Shown here piece by piece: positions 9,021 to 19,170 of a stretch of DNA of 64,000 nucleotides; position 1 is the stretch's first letter; each line of letters starts with the position of its first letter. The translations under genes and the position numbers were made by a program. The notes under the pieces were generated by a model, which was given only the letters and a program-made list of their open reading frames with translations, made no database searches and was not told the DNA's origin. This stretch comes from Polyangiaceae bacterium. Lineage in GTDB: Bacteria > Myxococcota_A > Polyangia > Polyangiales > Polyangiaceae. The DNA lies in NCBI GenBank assembly GCA_044376115.1, contig JBILLK010000010.1:128001-192000 (forward strand), written 5' to 3'.

Positions 9021-10172
9021 CTAGCGGTCATGCGAATGAGTGCGTAGGCGCCAGCGCGTAACAACACTCGCGACGGCCGGATCGAGCGCGCCATCCCCAA
9101 CCTCTTGGCGCCTCTTCTCGGCATACCAATCCGGAAATGACCCATCGATACTGCGCAGTTCACCGCGGGTCTTCGCGTAGGCGATGTCAGCGACGAGGAC
9201 TGGGGAGCGATAGAACGTCGCAAGGTTGCGCTCGCCGATGAACCCGAGCGTTCCGTGTTCTTCGTCCACTTCGGTTCGACGAGTGAAGTAGACGTTGAGC
9301 TCGGTCCCCGCTAGCTCGAGACAGGCCGCGGCGAGTGCATTCCAATCTTCACGTTTGCGCTGGCCCTCTTGTTGGAAGGAGCACATTGGATCGTAGCCGC
9401 GGGCCTCCCAGGCCTCGAAGAAGCGCACCATTCGGTCTGGAAAGCTCGCGAGCTGCTGTGCGCGCACAGCAAGTTGAGCGTCCCTCTCGAGCGCCCGCTC
9501 TTGCCGCGACGAGGTAGTTGGTAAAGGTCGGTCGACCGTCCCGACGAGGCGGTACTCGTTCTTGGAGAGCGTTTGCTTACGACGCTCTAGGCTGCGCTCA
9601 GCCGTGACCGGCGACTTGAGCTCTCGAACCTCCACTTTGACGTTCTCATCCTTTTGCTTCTTGGTCCTACCCGCTCGCTCGAAAACCTTGTTTTCCTGGC
9701 AAATCAGCTCGACGAAGGCAACACCCTCGCGATGGCCCGAATCGAGCTCGAGCCGTTGCCAAAGAACGGTTGGCTGTGGCTCGACGACAGGCTCATCCTG
9801 AACCACTGCCTCACCCTTCGTCGTTGCTTCAAGGGCGGTGATCCACGCATGGAGCGGCTGGACCAAACGCGAAGCGGAGGCGCAGCCCTGAACCAACTCG
9901 AGCAGACTTTCTGGGCTCACCCTTCCGCTCGGCGCTACGGCTGAAAGGGTCTGCGCGAGACCTGCTTGTAGGGCGGGTGGCTCAGCTGACGGCAACGCTC
10001 GCGGGTGGTTTGCTGCTCGACAGGCCACCCGCAGCGCAACTGCGACCTCGCCGGTCGCCGCTGCGGCGTAGGCCCAAACCACGTGGGCTACCTCAACCTC
10101 GAACGAACGGTGCTTGTGCGCGACTTGCGTAGCCCGCGTCATTAGCTCAACGACAGTTGGATGCTCAATCAT
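9021..10172 (-). CDS. Hypothetical protein with ClpN-like N-terminus and WGR-like domain
   Basis: ELMTRATQVAHKHRSFEVEVAHV is ClpN-repeat-like; FVELICQENKVFERAGR...AERSLERRKQTLSKNEY is WGR-like. Start uncertain. Confidence 0.5.
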   Translation of the reverse strand: MIEHPTVVELMTRATQVAHKHRSFEVEVAHVVWAYAAAATGEVAVALRVACRAANHPRALPSAEPPALQAGLAQTLSAVAPSGRVSPESLLELVQGCASASRLVQPLHAWITALEATTKGEAVVQDEPVVEPQPTVLWQRLELDSGHREGVAFVELICQENKVFERAGRTKKQKDENVKVEVRELKSPVTAERSLERRKQTLSKNEYRLVGTVDRPLPTTSSRQERALERDAQLAVRAQQLASFPDRMVRFFEAWEARGYDPMCSFQQEGQRKREDWNALAAACLELAGTELNVYFTRRTEVDEEHGTLGFIGERNLATFYRSPVLVADIAYAKTRGELRSIDGSFPDWYAEKRRQEVGDGALDPAVASVVTRWRLRTHSHDR

Positions 10173-10382
10173 GGATTGACCGCTAGCGGCTAAACCAGGG
10201 GACGCGGTTGCACTAAAGTCCCAGCCGTTGCACTTCATGTCTAACACCTGCACGCCATCCGCCGGAGGCAGATAGCGTGCAGAATGTCTCGTGCCCACGC
10301 GGACCGGCGGAAGGCCGTTGGACCATCCACTTTACAAAGGGCCGCCCTATCGCGGCCCACTTTTTGCCTAGCGGTCGCCGCA

Positions 10383-11600
10383 ATGACGCCGCTCCGCGAT
10401 CTCGTACATCACACCCTCCGCCCGTTCCACAGACCACTGACGGGACCCAACGACTACGGTCTCACTCTTCAGCTCTTTGATGATGCACGTTTGGCTGGCC
10501 TGGAGGCCCTCGTTGGTGCTGGGCTCGGACTCGACCTCTTGGCGGGCGAGCGCATCCTGGCGGCCGCTCAAATGGTCGAACGCCCCAAAGGACACGAGCA
10601 CCGGCTCTCGTTGGTCATTACCGACCGCTGGACGGCGCTTTCCGGATGGTCCAGCCTGACGGGGCCGGCGGCCCGCGATCGCCTTCGCTTCGCCGTGCCG
10701 CACACTCAGCTCATGGGCGTTGAGGTCAAGAAGGCCGGCCTAATCGACAATGCGCATATCGCGTTACAGTCGATGCAGGGAATACACAAGCTGGAATTCG
10801 CTGAGTTGCAGCAACCACTTGGTGAGTTCTTTATGCGCCTGACGCAGACCATCGCGCCCGCCCATCGCTGCGAAGCGCCTTGCCCCGCGGTCGTTGCATC
10901 CGAGGCCGATCCTACCGGTCGTGAGAACGCACTTTCGGGGCTCTGGTTCGATGACCCTCAGGCTCGTCAACTGCTGCGTCAGCTCGAGCTTGCCACCAGC
11001 AGTGGGATGCCCGTCGAGGTCGCGCTCGACTTCGTCGGACGCGTCGTCCTCGCTCACCGGGCGAGCGCCAGCGCCCCCTGTATGCGTGATGGGTTGTGGC
11101 TTTCGCCGCTCACTGCACAAGACCTAGGCTTCGCTTGCACTAGCCTCTTCGGTGCGCCCGCTTATCACTATCAGCCGCGTCCCGGCGTCGACCAGCTCAG
11201 CTTTCACTTCGACCCTCGCCGCAACGGCCTGGACGCCGCAATAACGGCGCTCGGAGTGGCGTCGTTCATGACCCTCGGCGTTGGCTTCAACCCAAGCGCA
11301 GCGCTGGTCAATGCGGCGTTCGAGCGCCCGCAGGTGACCGCCATCATGGTCGAGCTCCAACAGCATGGTCCCACGAGCGCGTATCGCCTCATGACGCCGA
11401 GCGGAAGCCTCGAGACCGCAGACTCACTGCTAGCGATGCGCTGTCATCAGGCGGTCATCGCGTCGGCTTACCCGCTGCTTGCTCAACGTATCGCCCACGG
11501 CTGGGCAGTCCCACCGTCAGAGCTTGCCCGAGCACCGCAAAGGGTGAGCCACACGGGGCGAGCCGACGAAGGCGCCCTTGAGGCTCAATCCACCGTTTGA
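10383..11600 (+). CDS. Hypothetical protein
   Basis: Long ORF (about 405 aa from ATG 10383) filling the gap between neighbours; no family recognised. Confidence 0.6.
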   Translation: MTPLRDLVHHTLRPFHRPLTGPNDYGLTLQLFDDARLAGLEALVGAGLGLDLLAGERILAAAQMVERPKGHEHRLSLVITDRWTALSGWSSLTGPAARDRLRFAVPHTQLMGVEVKKAGLIDNAHIALQSMQGIHKLEFAELQQPLGEFFMRLTQTIAPAHRCEAPCPAVVASEADPTGRENALSGLWFDDPQARQLLRQLELATSSGMPVEVALDFVGRVVLAHRASASAPCMRDGLWLSPLTAQDLGFACTSLFGAPAYHYQPRPGVDQLSFHFDPRRNGLDAAITALGVASFMTLGVGFNPSAALVNAAFERPQVTAIMVELQQHGPTSAYRLMTPSGSLETADSLLAMRCHQAVIASAYPLLAQRIAHGWAVPPSELARAPQRVSHTGRADEGALEAQSTV

Positions 11601-11736
11601 GAGTCCGCTGATAGCCGAATAGAGAGCCGACTGGATCAGCCAGCCCGCTACTTCGCATAGCGGCCATGCACTCCGTCTGGCTGCTAGAGCGCAATCGTCC
11701 TATCGCTCTGGCTTGGAGATCGCTAGACTGACCGTT

Positions 11737-13410
11737 ATGAGCCTTTATCGACTGGGCCTGACCTTACTGGTGTCGTCCTCAACGTTGGTCGCGTGTGGCG
11801 ACGACAGTTCGACCGGTGGTAGTGGGGGCGTGGGTGGCGGGCCGGGTGGCGGCGGAAACGGCGGAAGTGGGGGCAGCGGAGCAGGCGGTAGCGCGCCCAT
11901 CTCCTGGGAAGCGTGTGACGTCCTCGAGGAGTACCCGCCGCTCAAAGACACCCCCAAGCGTGCGGGCGAATGCACGATGGTGAGCGTACCGCTCGATTGG
12001 GAGGCGGAGGACGGAGCAACGCTGGAGGTCTTCGTTAAGAGAGTTCGTTCCTCGGTAATGCCACCAACACGGCAGGTGTGGCTGCTCAACGGTGGGCCCG
12101 GCGCGGCTAGCGAGGAGCTGGATCCGGCCTTACTGCGTTGGGCCGACGCAGTGCCGGGGCTCGAGGTCTACACCACAGACTTTCGTGGCGCGGGGCTAAG
12201 TACGCCGCTGCCTTGCAATGATTCTCAAATCGCGCCGGGGTTGGTCGATGATTGCGCCGCCAACGTGACCCGCGAGATCGGAGACCTCAACGCCTTCACG
12301 ACCACGCAGGCTGCGCGCGACGTGATTGAGCTCGTAGAGCGAACTCGCGGGGAGGCCCCCGTCATGCTGTACGGCTTATCCTTTGGCACGTTCTGGGCGC
12401 ATCGTATTTTGCAGCTTGAGCCTGATCTGTTCTCGGGGGCTGCGTTGGACTCAATCGCACCGCCCGAGGCTGACTTCTCGGTGTACTCCCCCAACGCTAA
12501 TCAGGTGGCACAGGAGTTCTTCGCACGCTGCGAGCTCGATACGACCTGCCTAAGCAAACTGGGCGCAGATCCTTGGGCCGAGGTGGAAGCATTCTTCGCG
12601 CTGCCGGCGAGCAGCGCCTGCCCGGGAGCTGGGGTCAGCCAAGCGGAGTGGAAGCGCTTTCTGGCCCAGGCGATCAGAAAGGTGCAAACCCGACCACTCG
12701 TACCTGCCTTGATTTACCGTTTGTTGCGCTGCGCCCCGGAGGATGAAGCCGCCATAGGCCATTTGCTCGACTACGTAGGCTCATTCCCGGCCGAACCCGA
12801 TAGCGCGTTTCACGTGCCGCTATACGCGCATATTGTGCTGTCGGAGCTTTGGGACCTGACGCCGCTCAGCGTAGCGGAGTATGCAGCGAGCGATCAGTCG
12901 CTGCTGATCGCCCCCGGTAATACGGACTACTTTCAAGCACTATGGGAAGAGTGGCCGAGAACACCGGAAGATGCGCTGGCGAATCAAACCGCCAGTCCGA
13001 CCACACCGGTTCTGTTACTGCAAGGAGGGCTGGATCCGCAGACCTCCAAGCTCGCCGCCGACCCATTCGCGAGTGCGCTGGAAGCTCAGGGACATAGCTA
13101 TGTAGTTTTTCCTGACGCTCCGCACGCCGTGATTGGCCAGACTCCGATAGCCGGTAACCCCACTGAGCAGTGCGCCGATCTCTTGGTACGTGCGTTCATT
13201 GCCGATCCGAGCGTTACCAGCCATAGCTGCCAAGCGGAGCTTGCACCACTCGATTTCGGCGACAACGTGGAGCTCGCGGCCGAGGCTCTGGGCACCGGCA
13301 GTATTTGGGAGAATGTCCCCGTTCCCGCGGGGCTAACCGAGCGCAGCGCTAGTCGACGCGATATTCGACGAGCCCTCCTACAGCTCGCCGCGCACGGCCT
13401 TACTCACTAA
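11737..13410 (+). CDS. Alpha/beta hydrolase, TAP-like peptidase, lipoprotein
   Basis: Lipobox LVAC, Gly tether, VPLDW, LNGGPG, DFRGAGLS, GLSFGT nucleophile, GGLDPQT, PHA. Confidence 0.88.
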   Translation: MSLYRLGLTLLVSSSTLVACGDDSSTGGSGGVGGGPGGGGNGGSGGSGAGGSAPISWEACDVLEEYPPLKDTPKRAGECTMVSVPLDWEAEDGATLEVFVKRVRSSVMPPTRQVWLLNGGPGAASEELDPALLRWADAVPGLEVYTTDFRGAGLSTPLPCNDSQIAPGLVDDCAANVTREIGDLNAFTTTQAARDVIELVERTRGEAPVMLYGLSFGTFWAHRILQLEPDLFSGAALDSIAPPEADFSVYSPNANQVAQEFFARCELDTTCLSKLGADPWAEVEAFFALPASSACPGAGVSQAEWKRFLAQAIRKVQTRPLVPALIYRLLRCAPEDEAAIGHLLDYVGSFPAEPDSAFHVPLYAHIVLSELWDLTPLSVAEYAASDQSLLIAPGNTDYFQALWEEWPRTPEDALANQTASPTTPVLLLQGGLDPQTSKLAADPFASALEAQGHSYVVFPDAPHAVIGQTPIAGNPTEQCADLLVRAFIADPSVTSHSCQAELAPLDFGDNVELAAEALGTGSIWENVPVPAGLTERSASRRDIRRALLQLAAHGLTH

Positions 13411-13425
13411 TGAAGCGTCGTTCGC

Positions 13426-14160
13426 CTACCCTTCTACCGATATGGCTAGGGTCGCAAAGAAGCCCTCCGCGACGCTGCCGCTAACGCTTGCAAGCTGGTG
13501 CTCTGCTTCGTCATCGCCAAAGACGTTGTCCTCGGAGAGGCTGGTTCCCTCGAGGTTGGAGACGCTCGTTGCATAACGACTGTCCGCGTAGGCCGTGCGG
13601 CAAGCGTCCTCCGGCAGGGCGAGCTGAGAGGTCATGACAATGGCTCCGGACGAGATGGCCTCATCCAGGCTGTCGTAGACCTCAAAGTGAATATGGGGCC
13701 AACGACCGTCGTAACAGCCTGGGAATACGGTTTGAAAGGTAACGGTGCCGTCCTCAGCAGAGACCTGCACGCCGCGCAGGTAGTCCTCGTTCTCGACACC
13801 GGACGAGTACATCGAGTAGCGGCCCTGTGCGTCGGCGTGCCAAAGGTAAACGGCATAGCCGGCGAGCGGCGCACATTGACCGTTGTTGTTGACCAACGTC
13901 AACGTAACCGTCAAAGGGACCCCCTCCGCTATGGCGCTACCGGTAAGGCTGCTACGCAGATCACTGCGTACTACTCCGCTCTCGGCCAGAATATTGGGAC
14001 CGTTAGAGCCGTCTCCAGGGTACGGGCCTGCGGTTTCTTCAGGGGTGGATACACAATTGGCGTCATCGGCATCACAGCCGAGCAGCGCCGCGGCGGCCAG
14101 TGATTGCACCATGGCGCGGCGACCAATATCCCCTTTGAACCGTCCGACTGCTTCCTTCAT
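13426..14160 (-). CDS. Intradiol ring-cleavage dioxygenase family protein, putative Tat lipoprotein
   Basis: ETAGPYP, WHADAQGRYS, LRGVQ, PGCYDGRWPHIHF Fe-ligand motifs; N-terminal GRRAMV...LLGC. Confidence 0.88.
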   Translation of the reverse strand: MKEAVGRFKGDIGRRAMVQSLAAAALLGCDADDANCVSTPEETAGPYPGDGSNGPNILAESGVVRSDLRSSLTGSAIAEGVPLTVTLTLVNNNGQCAPLAGYAVYLWHADAQGRYSMYSSGVENEDYLRGVQVSAEDGTVTFQTVFPGCYDGRWPHIHFEVYDSLDEAISSGAIVMTSQLALPEDACRTAYADSRYATSVSNLEGTSLSEDNVFGDDEAEHQLASVSGSVAEGFFATLAISVEG

Positions 14161-14228
14161 TCTGCCTCCACCCGAGCTTGGCCGGAGGCTTCGAGTTCCT
14201 TCAGTCGGTTTGCAGCGAAAGTAACTGC

Positions 14229-14765
14229 CTAGAGCTTCACGATTTCGAAGCTGCCAGTCATGTACTGACCGCTGCCGTAATCCAAGGCGAAGTTCACCAG
14301 CAACATATTCGGGTCCTCGCTCTCTTCGACCTCGAGGGTGCCAGTGACCGGATCTGCCTCGTACTCATAGCTGGCGCCGGAGCAGCCGTAGTTATCAGCG
14401 CCATCCAGAACGATCGACGAGCCGGCGGTGAAGAGTTGCTGGCGCTTCTCACCCGCTAGAAAGAAGTTCGTCATGGCGTTGGTTGCGTACAAGGAGATCG
14501 TCGCAGTGTCGTCGGTCGTCCACGCATCACCCATGGTTGCGCCGTCAAAGCTGGTTTCTCCGAGAACGCCCTCGAAGCTCAGCGTTTCGATTTGTGCGTT
14601 AACGCCCTCACCGTAGTAGCCGTACTCCTCGTAATCGTCATAGGTCTCGTCATCACTTACGGCGGAGACCAACAAGGCAAGCTCACAGCCGGAGAGCGTC
14701 ACGGCCAAACCGCCAACGGCGAGAGAACCAAGCACGGTGCGAATCAACTTCTGGATCATGGTCAT
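14229..14765 (-). CDS. Acidic hypothetical lipoprotein
   Basis: Signal peptide with LSGC lipobox; GAGG RBS upstream. Confidence 0.7.
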   Translation of the reverse strand: MTMIQKLIRTVLGSLAVGGLAVTLSGCELALLVSAVSDDETYDDYEEYGYYGEGVNAQIETLSFEGVLGETSFDGATMGDAWTTDDTATISLYATNAMTNFFLAGEKRQQLFTAGSSIVLDGADNYGCSGASYEYEADPVTGTLEVEESEDPNMLLVNFALDYGSGQYMTGSFEIVKL

Positions 14766-14782
14766 TCCTCGGGCCGACCTTC

Positions 14783-14799
14783 AGCAAGCGGTATGCCGG
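14783..14799 (-). promoter_or_regulatory. Putative sigma54 -24/-12 promoter
   Basis: Minus strand reads CCGGCATACCGCTTGCT (GG-N10-GC), just upstream of the lipoprotein gene. Confidence 0.55.
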
Positions 14800-14947
14800 G
14801 ACTGTGACCAAGCTTCGTCAGTGGATATTGGGCTCAGAATCGCTGACGATCCCGAAAATCGTCGCCGCCTCTGACCAGCGCGTCATGGGCTGCACGGGAA
14901 ACGGCTCGCTCGGCGCGAAGCCCAGGCAGCGCGAAACGCCCTCTACG

Positions 14948-15826
14948 CTACGCGCCGGCTTCGGGCACGAGCGACAAGAGCGAAGTCACCTTGGCGGGAT
15001 TGCCACCCACGCGTAGCTCGCTCCCGGCAAAGGCCGACTTGTATTTGACCATCGCCAATCCAACGCCAGCGCCCATCGAAGTGACGTGTCCTACCTCGAC
15101 GCCCTCGGCGTTCTGCACAACGTCTCCGACCTTGGCAGCGCCCTGCAGCGCGAGCTGCACCAATCGCTTCTTAACGTGTCCACGGTGCTGCAACATGAAC
15201 ACCGCCTCTTGACCGAGGTAGCAGCCCTTCTGAAAGGACACAGCATCAAGCTCGAGGGCGGCCTCTTGCGGATAAGCCTCATCGAAGTCCACGCCGCGTT
15301 CGGGGATGAAAGCGCCCACGCGAAACGTCTGCCAAGCCGCTTCTGCGGCGGCCTCCGCTTTGAAGGTCTGCTGCAATACGGCCTCCACTGCGGGTTGTTG
15401 CGCCGTGGCCGCAACGCAGGTGAGCGCATGAGCTCCACCCCGTTTGACCCAAGCGGCAGCCGCTGCTCCCGCCTCGAGCAGCGCGGTTTCACTTGGCCCG
15501 CGCTCCAGGCCAAAGGCGCTGCACCAAACGTACTCACCGCGACTTACGCGCAGTTCGGCGTCGTCCATGACCAAGTAGCGGTCGAGCTCGGCCGCGATCT
15601 CGTCGGCCAGCGCGTCAGGCAGGGAGATGAGCAGCTGGTCGGGGGCGCTTGCGATCAGCACCTCAGCGCGGAGTTTGCCCGTCTTTTGCACGATCAGGCC
15701 GAACAGCACGCCGCTGACCTTCAAGCTGTTGAGGTCCGCTGTGACCATGCCGTTGAACCAGCGCTGCCGGTCCCCGCCGCTGATAACCAAGGTTGCGCAA
15801 TCTACCGGACGCAGCAGCAAGCTCAT
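14948..15826 (-). CDS. ygfZ: Folate-binding Fe-S maintenance protein YgfZ
   Basis: Signature KGCYLGQE; N-terminal GGDRQRWFNGMVTAD. Confidence 0.9.
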   Translation of the reverse strand: MSLLLRPVDCATLVISGGDRQRWFNGMVTADLNSLKVSGVLFGLIVQKTGKLRAEVLIASAPDQLLISLPDALADEIAAELDRYLVMDDAELRVSRGEYVWCSAFGLERGPSETALLEAGAAAAAWVKRGGAHALTCVAATAQQPAVEAVLQQTFKAEAAAEAAWQTFRVGAFIPERGVDFDEAYPQEAALELDAVSFQKGCYLGQEAVFMLQHRGHVKKRLVQLALQGAAKVGDVVQNAEGVEVGHVTSMGAGVGLAMVKYKSAFAGSELRVGGNPAKVTSLLSLVPEAGA

Positions 15827-16338
15827 GAGGAAAGCGCCGCGAGGGCCCCCGCTTCATTCGTGTTGAGCCACACGGCGGACTGCTCGCTCTCATAGCAAAG
15901 CTGCCCTTCGTGGGTGAACTCGAACTCGTACTTTACGAAGTGTCGCACCTTGCCGATGCGCGAGCGCACCGCGGTGCATGTGGCGATGATGGGCTCTCCC
16001 GGGCTCACCAGCTTGCGGAAGACAGCACGATGAATGTGAGTGCCATAGCCGACCCAACCCTCGTGATGGCGAAGACCAAGCAAATGGTACGCATGAACAA
16101 AGCCCAGCATGCCGGTCGCATGCACCATCACCGCGCCAGCGACATGCTGCGGGTGCCGCACAGGGTGGGCGCGCTGCGAGACCGTAAGCGGCAGCGGCCG
16201 GTCCGTCGGCATACGGCAGCGAATCTGCTGCTTCTCAACGTCCAACGCCAAGATGGAGTCGAAGAAGAGGACCTCCGGATCGTAGGGAAGATCGGCGAGA
16301 AACGCCTCGTCGAAGGCGCAAGGAGGTTCGAGCTTCAC
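15823..16338 (-). CDS. Hot-dog fold, FabA/FabZ-like protein
   Basis: LPYDPEVLFFD, HP..HPQHVAGAVM, AVFRKLVSPG; stop overlaps the ygfZ start (ATGA). Start GTG 16338 inferred. Confidence 0.65.
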   Translation of the reverse strand: MKLEPPCAFDEAFLADLPYDPEVLFFDSILALDVEKQQIRCRMPTDRPLPLTVSQRAHPVRHPQHVAGAVMVHATGMLGFVHAYHLLGLRHHEGWVGYGTHIHRAVFRKLVSPGEPIIATCTAVRSRIGKVRHFVKYEFEFTHEGQLCYESEQSAVWLNTNEAGALAALSS

Positions 16339-16466
16339 CCCGGCGAAGTAACAGTGCCCGCAGGGGCGCGCAAGTCCGAGACCACGCCGGCCGCGCCCGC
16401 GGCGATGCGGGTCGAGCTTCGGTGGAAAGCGCTGCGTCATCGTTCCAAAGCAGCCCACCTTGGGCT

Positions 16467-18629
16467 ATGACCATGCCCGTGGAGCCCCGCGATCCGTTCG
16501 ACCTTTGTGGCGTCACGATCGACGGCAAATACCGTGTTGCCTCGGTGATCGGGGACGGCGGCTTCGGCGTGGTCTACCGCGGTGTGCACAAGGGCTTCGG
16601 TGAGGTCATCGCCATCAAGTGCCTCAAGCTGCCGGCCTCGCTCGATGAGGCCGCGCGCAACGAGCTGCTCGAGAAGCTACAAGACGAGGGCCGCTTACTG
16701 CATCGGCTGTCCAAGGCCACGAGCGGTATCGTGCAGGCGCTCGACGTAGGGGCCTTCCAAACCGACGCTGGCCAATGGGTTCCGTACTTGGTGATGGAGT
16801 GGCTCGAGGGGGAAACGCTCGCGCAATACCTGCAACGTCGGGAGGCCAGCAACCTACCGCCGCTCGCGCTGGCCGAGGCGGTGCAATTGCTGGATGCTGC
16901 GGCGAAAGCTTTGGGCGTTGCGCACGCGCAGAAGGTCGCCCACCGCGACGTGAAGCCCGCGAACATTTTCGTGAGCGACGTCGGCGGTAAGAAGACCACC
17001 AAGGTGCTGGATTTTGGCATCGCGAAGGTGCTTTCGGACCACCGCGGCTACACCACCGCGCTCGAGTCGACGGCCATGGCGCCGACCGCTTTCACCCCGC
17101 GTTATGGCGCTCCGGAGCAGTTCAACAAGCAACGCGGTGCAACAGGCCCGTGGACGGATGTGTTCGCGTTGGCGCTGGTGCTGGTGGAGTGCGTGAGCGG
17201 GCGCAAAGCCCTCGAGGGGGATGACCCTACGCAGCTCTACATCGCCTCGGCCGATCCGGCGATTCGGCCGACCTTGCGCTCGCGCGGCATTCTGGTTCCG
17301 GACGCTGTCGAAGCGGCGTTGCACAAGGCACTCGAGGTGGAGCCGAAGAATCGTTACGCCAACGCGACCGACTTCTGGGCGGATCTGGATGCAGCAATGA
17401 AGGGCGCATCACCTTCTTCAGGCAACCCGAGTTGGCCGGGCTCGAGCAAACCGGGAAGCAAAGTATCCGCCTCCGACTCGATGCTGGAGACCTCCGAGTT
17501 CGCCGCCAAACATCAGCTGCTCGAGACCGGCGCGAGCAGCAAGAGCGCCTTTGGTCCGACGATGCCAGTCGAGCTGATCAAGACCAAGAAAGAATCAGCG
17601 CTCGAAGACACAGACGCCGCAGCGAAAGCAGCAAAGCTGAGCACCACGGCCGAGCGCGAGCGCTCGAGCATGATCGGCTGGCTCGCCGCTGGCAGCTTGA
17701 TCTTTGCGGGAGGCGGCTATTTTGCCTACCGCACGCTCAACAGCTCAGCGACGCCAGATCCCGCACCCAGCGCATCGCGTTCGGCGGGCCCATCCGCCAC
17801 CACCTCCGCCCCGCGTTCAGCAGACCGCCCTGGGCCCCGGCCGTCATCAACCGCTTCGACGAAAGCCAGCGCCAAACCGAGTGTTTCGGTGCTCGTTTCA
17901 GCCGCGCCAAGCGTCGTACCCTCCGCCACTCCGAGCGCTGCGCCTTCAGCATCGGCCGCGGTGGTGGTAGCCCCGCCGCTCGACTACGAGGACATGGTCA
18001 AGATCGCCAGCGGCTCGGTGGTGCTCGGGGAAGACGGCACCGAAACAGCCGTCGCGGCGTTCTTCATCGACGCTTCTGAAGTGACTGCCCGTCGCTTCAA
18101 GGCCTGTGTCAACGCAGGAGGCTGTCGCGGCGCCGATACGCCGCTTGGCATCGATGACGTCGCAACGTGGAAGCCGCTGTGCAACCTCGGTCGCGCCAAC
18201 GCGCAGAATCACCCGGCGAACTGCGTGACTTACTCGCAAGCCGACGCCTACTGCACCTGGCTAGGTAAGCGACTTCCGAGCGAAGCGGAGTGGCTGCTCG
18301 CTGCCGCTGGCCCGAACAAGAACGCCTACGTTTGGGGCAGCAGCGCACCGAGCTGCGAACAGGCCTGCTACGACAAGAATGACGGCTGCAAATCGAGCGA
18401 GCCGGCCGCAACCTGCGAGGTCGGTGCGCACAACGCGGACAAGACGAGCCTCAAGCTCCAAGACCTCAGCGGCAACGTCTCGGAGTGGGTCGCGGCCGCA
18501 GAAGCGATCACGAAAGGCGGGAACTTCTTCGATGGGCCGGCGCTGTTGCTGCTCACCGCGCGCGAGAAACGGCCGGTTGGCTACGCCCACCCCACCGTAG
18601 GCTTCCGCTGCGCGGCCAGCCCCAAGTAG
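16467..18629 (+). CDS. Membrane Ser/Thr protein kinase with C-terminal FGE-sulfatase (SUMF1) domain
   Basis: GDGGFG, AIK, HRDVKPAN, DFG, APE; TM helix; Ser/Ala/Pro linker; EVT...HPANCV...RLPSEAEW...GNVSEW...GFRC. Confidence 0.93.
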   Translation: MTMPVEPRDPFDLCGVTIDGKYRVASVIGDGGFGVVYRGVHKGFGEVIAIKCLKLPASLDEAARNELLEKLQDEGRLLHRLSKATSGIVQALDVGAFQTDAGQWVPYLVMEWLEGETLAQYLQRREASNLPPLALAEAVQLLDAAAKALGVAHAQKVAHRDVKPANIFVSDVGGKKTTKVLDFGIAKVLSDHRGYTTALESTAMAPTAFTPRYGAPEQFNKQRGATGPWTDVFALALVLVECVSGRKALEGDDPTQLYIASADPAIRPTLRSRGILVPDAVEAALHKALEVEPKNRYANATDFWADLDAAMKGASPSSGNPSWPGSSKPGSKVSASDSMLETSEFAAKHQLLETGASSKSAFGPTMPVELIKTKKESALEDTDAAAKAAKLSTTAERERSSMIGWLAAGSLIFAGGGYFAYRTLNSSATPDPAPSASRSAGPSATTSAPRSADRPGPRPSSTASTKASAKPSVSVLVSAAPSVVPSATPSAAPSASAAVVVAPPLDYEDMVKIASGSVVLGEDGTETAVAAFFIDASEVTARRFKACVNAGGCRGADTPLGIDDVATWKPLCNLGRANAQNHPANCVTYSQADAYCTWLGKRLPSEAEWLLAAAGPNKNAYVWGSSAPSCEQACYDKNDGCKSSEPAATCEVGAHNADKTSLKLQDLSGNVSEWVAAAEAITKGGNFFDGPALLLLTAREKRPVGYAHPTVGFRCAASPK

Positions 18630-18647
18630 CGCGGCCCGTAGCGCCGC

Positions 18648-19061
18648 TCAGAAGCGGAGCACCATCAGCACCAAGATCACGAGCTTGAGCAGGTGACCGA
18701 TGCCGCCGAACATCGCAATCTTTCCGGGCTTGGCGCCCTCTTCGCTGAGCCGCGCGATCGCCGGGCGGAGCGCCATCATTTCGAGCGCGAGGGCGATCAA
18801 GGCGAGCAATAGGCTCGTATGAATCCGAGGTGAAACGGCCTTGAAGCCACCCAATTGAAAGATCAGCGCGACACCGCTGACGATCGTCACGAGCCCGAAG
18901 GCCATCGAGATCACCGCCGAGCGATCGATACGAGTCACCAGCTCGGTCACGTGAGCTTTACCGAGCGCGAGGCTGCGACGCGCGTCGCTCGCGATGGTCA
19001 GCGTTGCGCCGAACCACACCGCCATCGAGAGGAGATGAACCAGCTTTAGGATTTCGTACAC
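18648..19061 (-). CDS. Four-TM membrane protein (DUF2269/CopD-like)
   Basis: LKLVHLLSMAVWFG plus hydrophobic helices. Start GTG inferred. Confidence 0.65.
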   Translation of the reverse strand: MYEILKLVHLLSMAVWFGATLTIASDARRSLALGKAHVTELVTRIDRSAVISMAFGLVTIVSGVALIFQLGGFKAVSPRIHTSLLLALIALALEMMALRPAIARLSEEGAKPGKIAMFGGIGHLLKLVILVLMVLRF

Positions 19062-19170
19062 GGCGCAAGCTTTCTCGGGTGTGAGAGGGAAGTCACGTGA
19101 AGATTCCCCCGGTGGTGGATGCAGCACGCGGGAGGCGCGTCACTGGCGCTCTTTGGGGGCTCGAGGCCGA

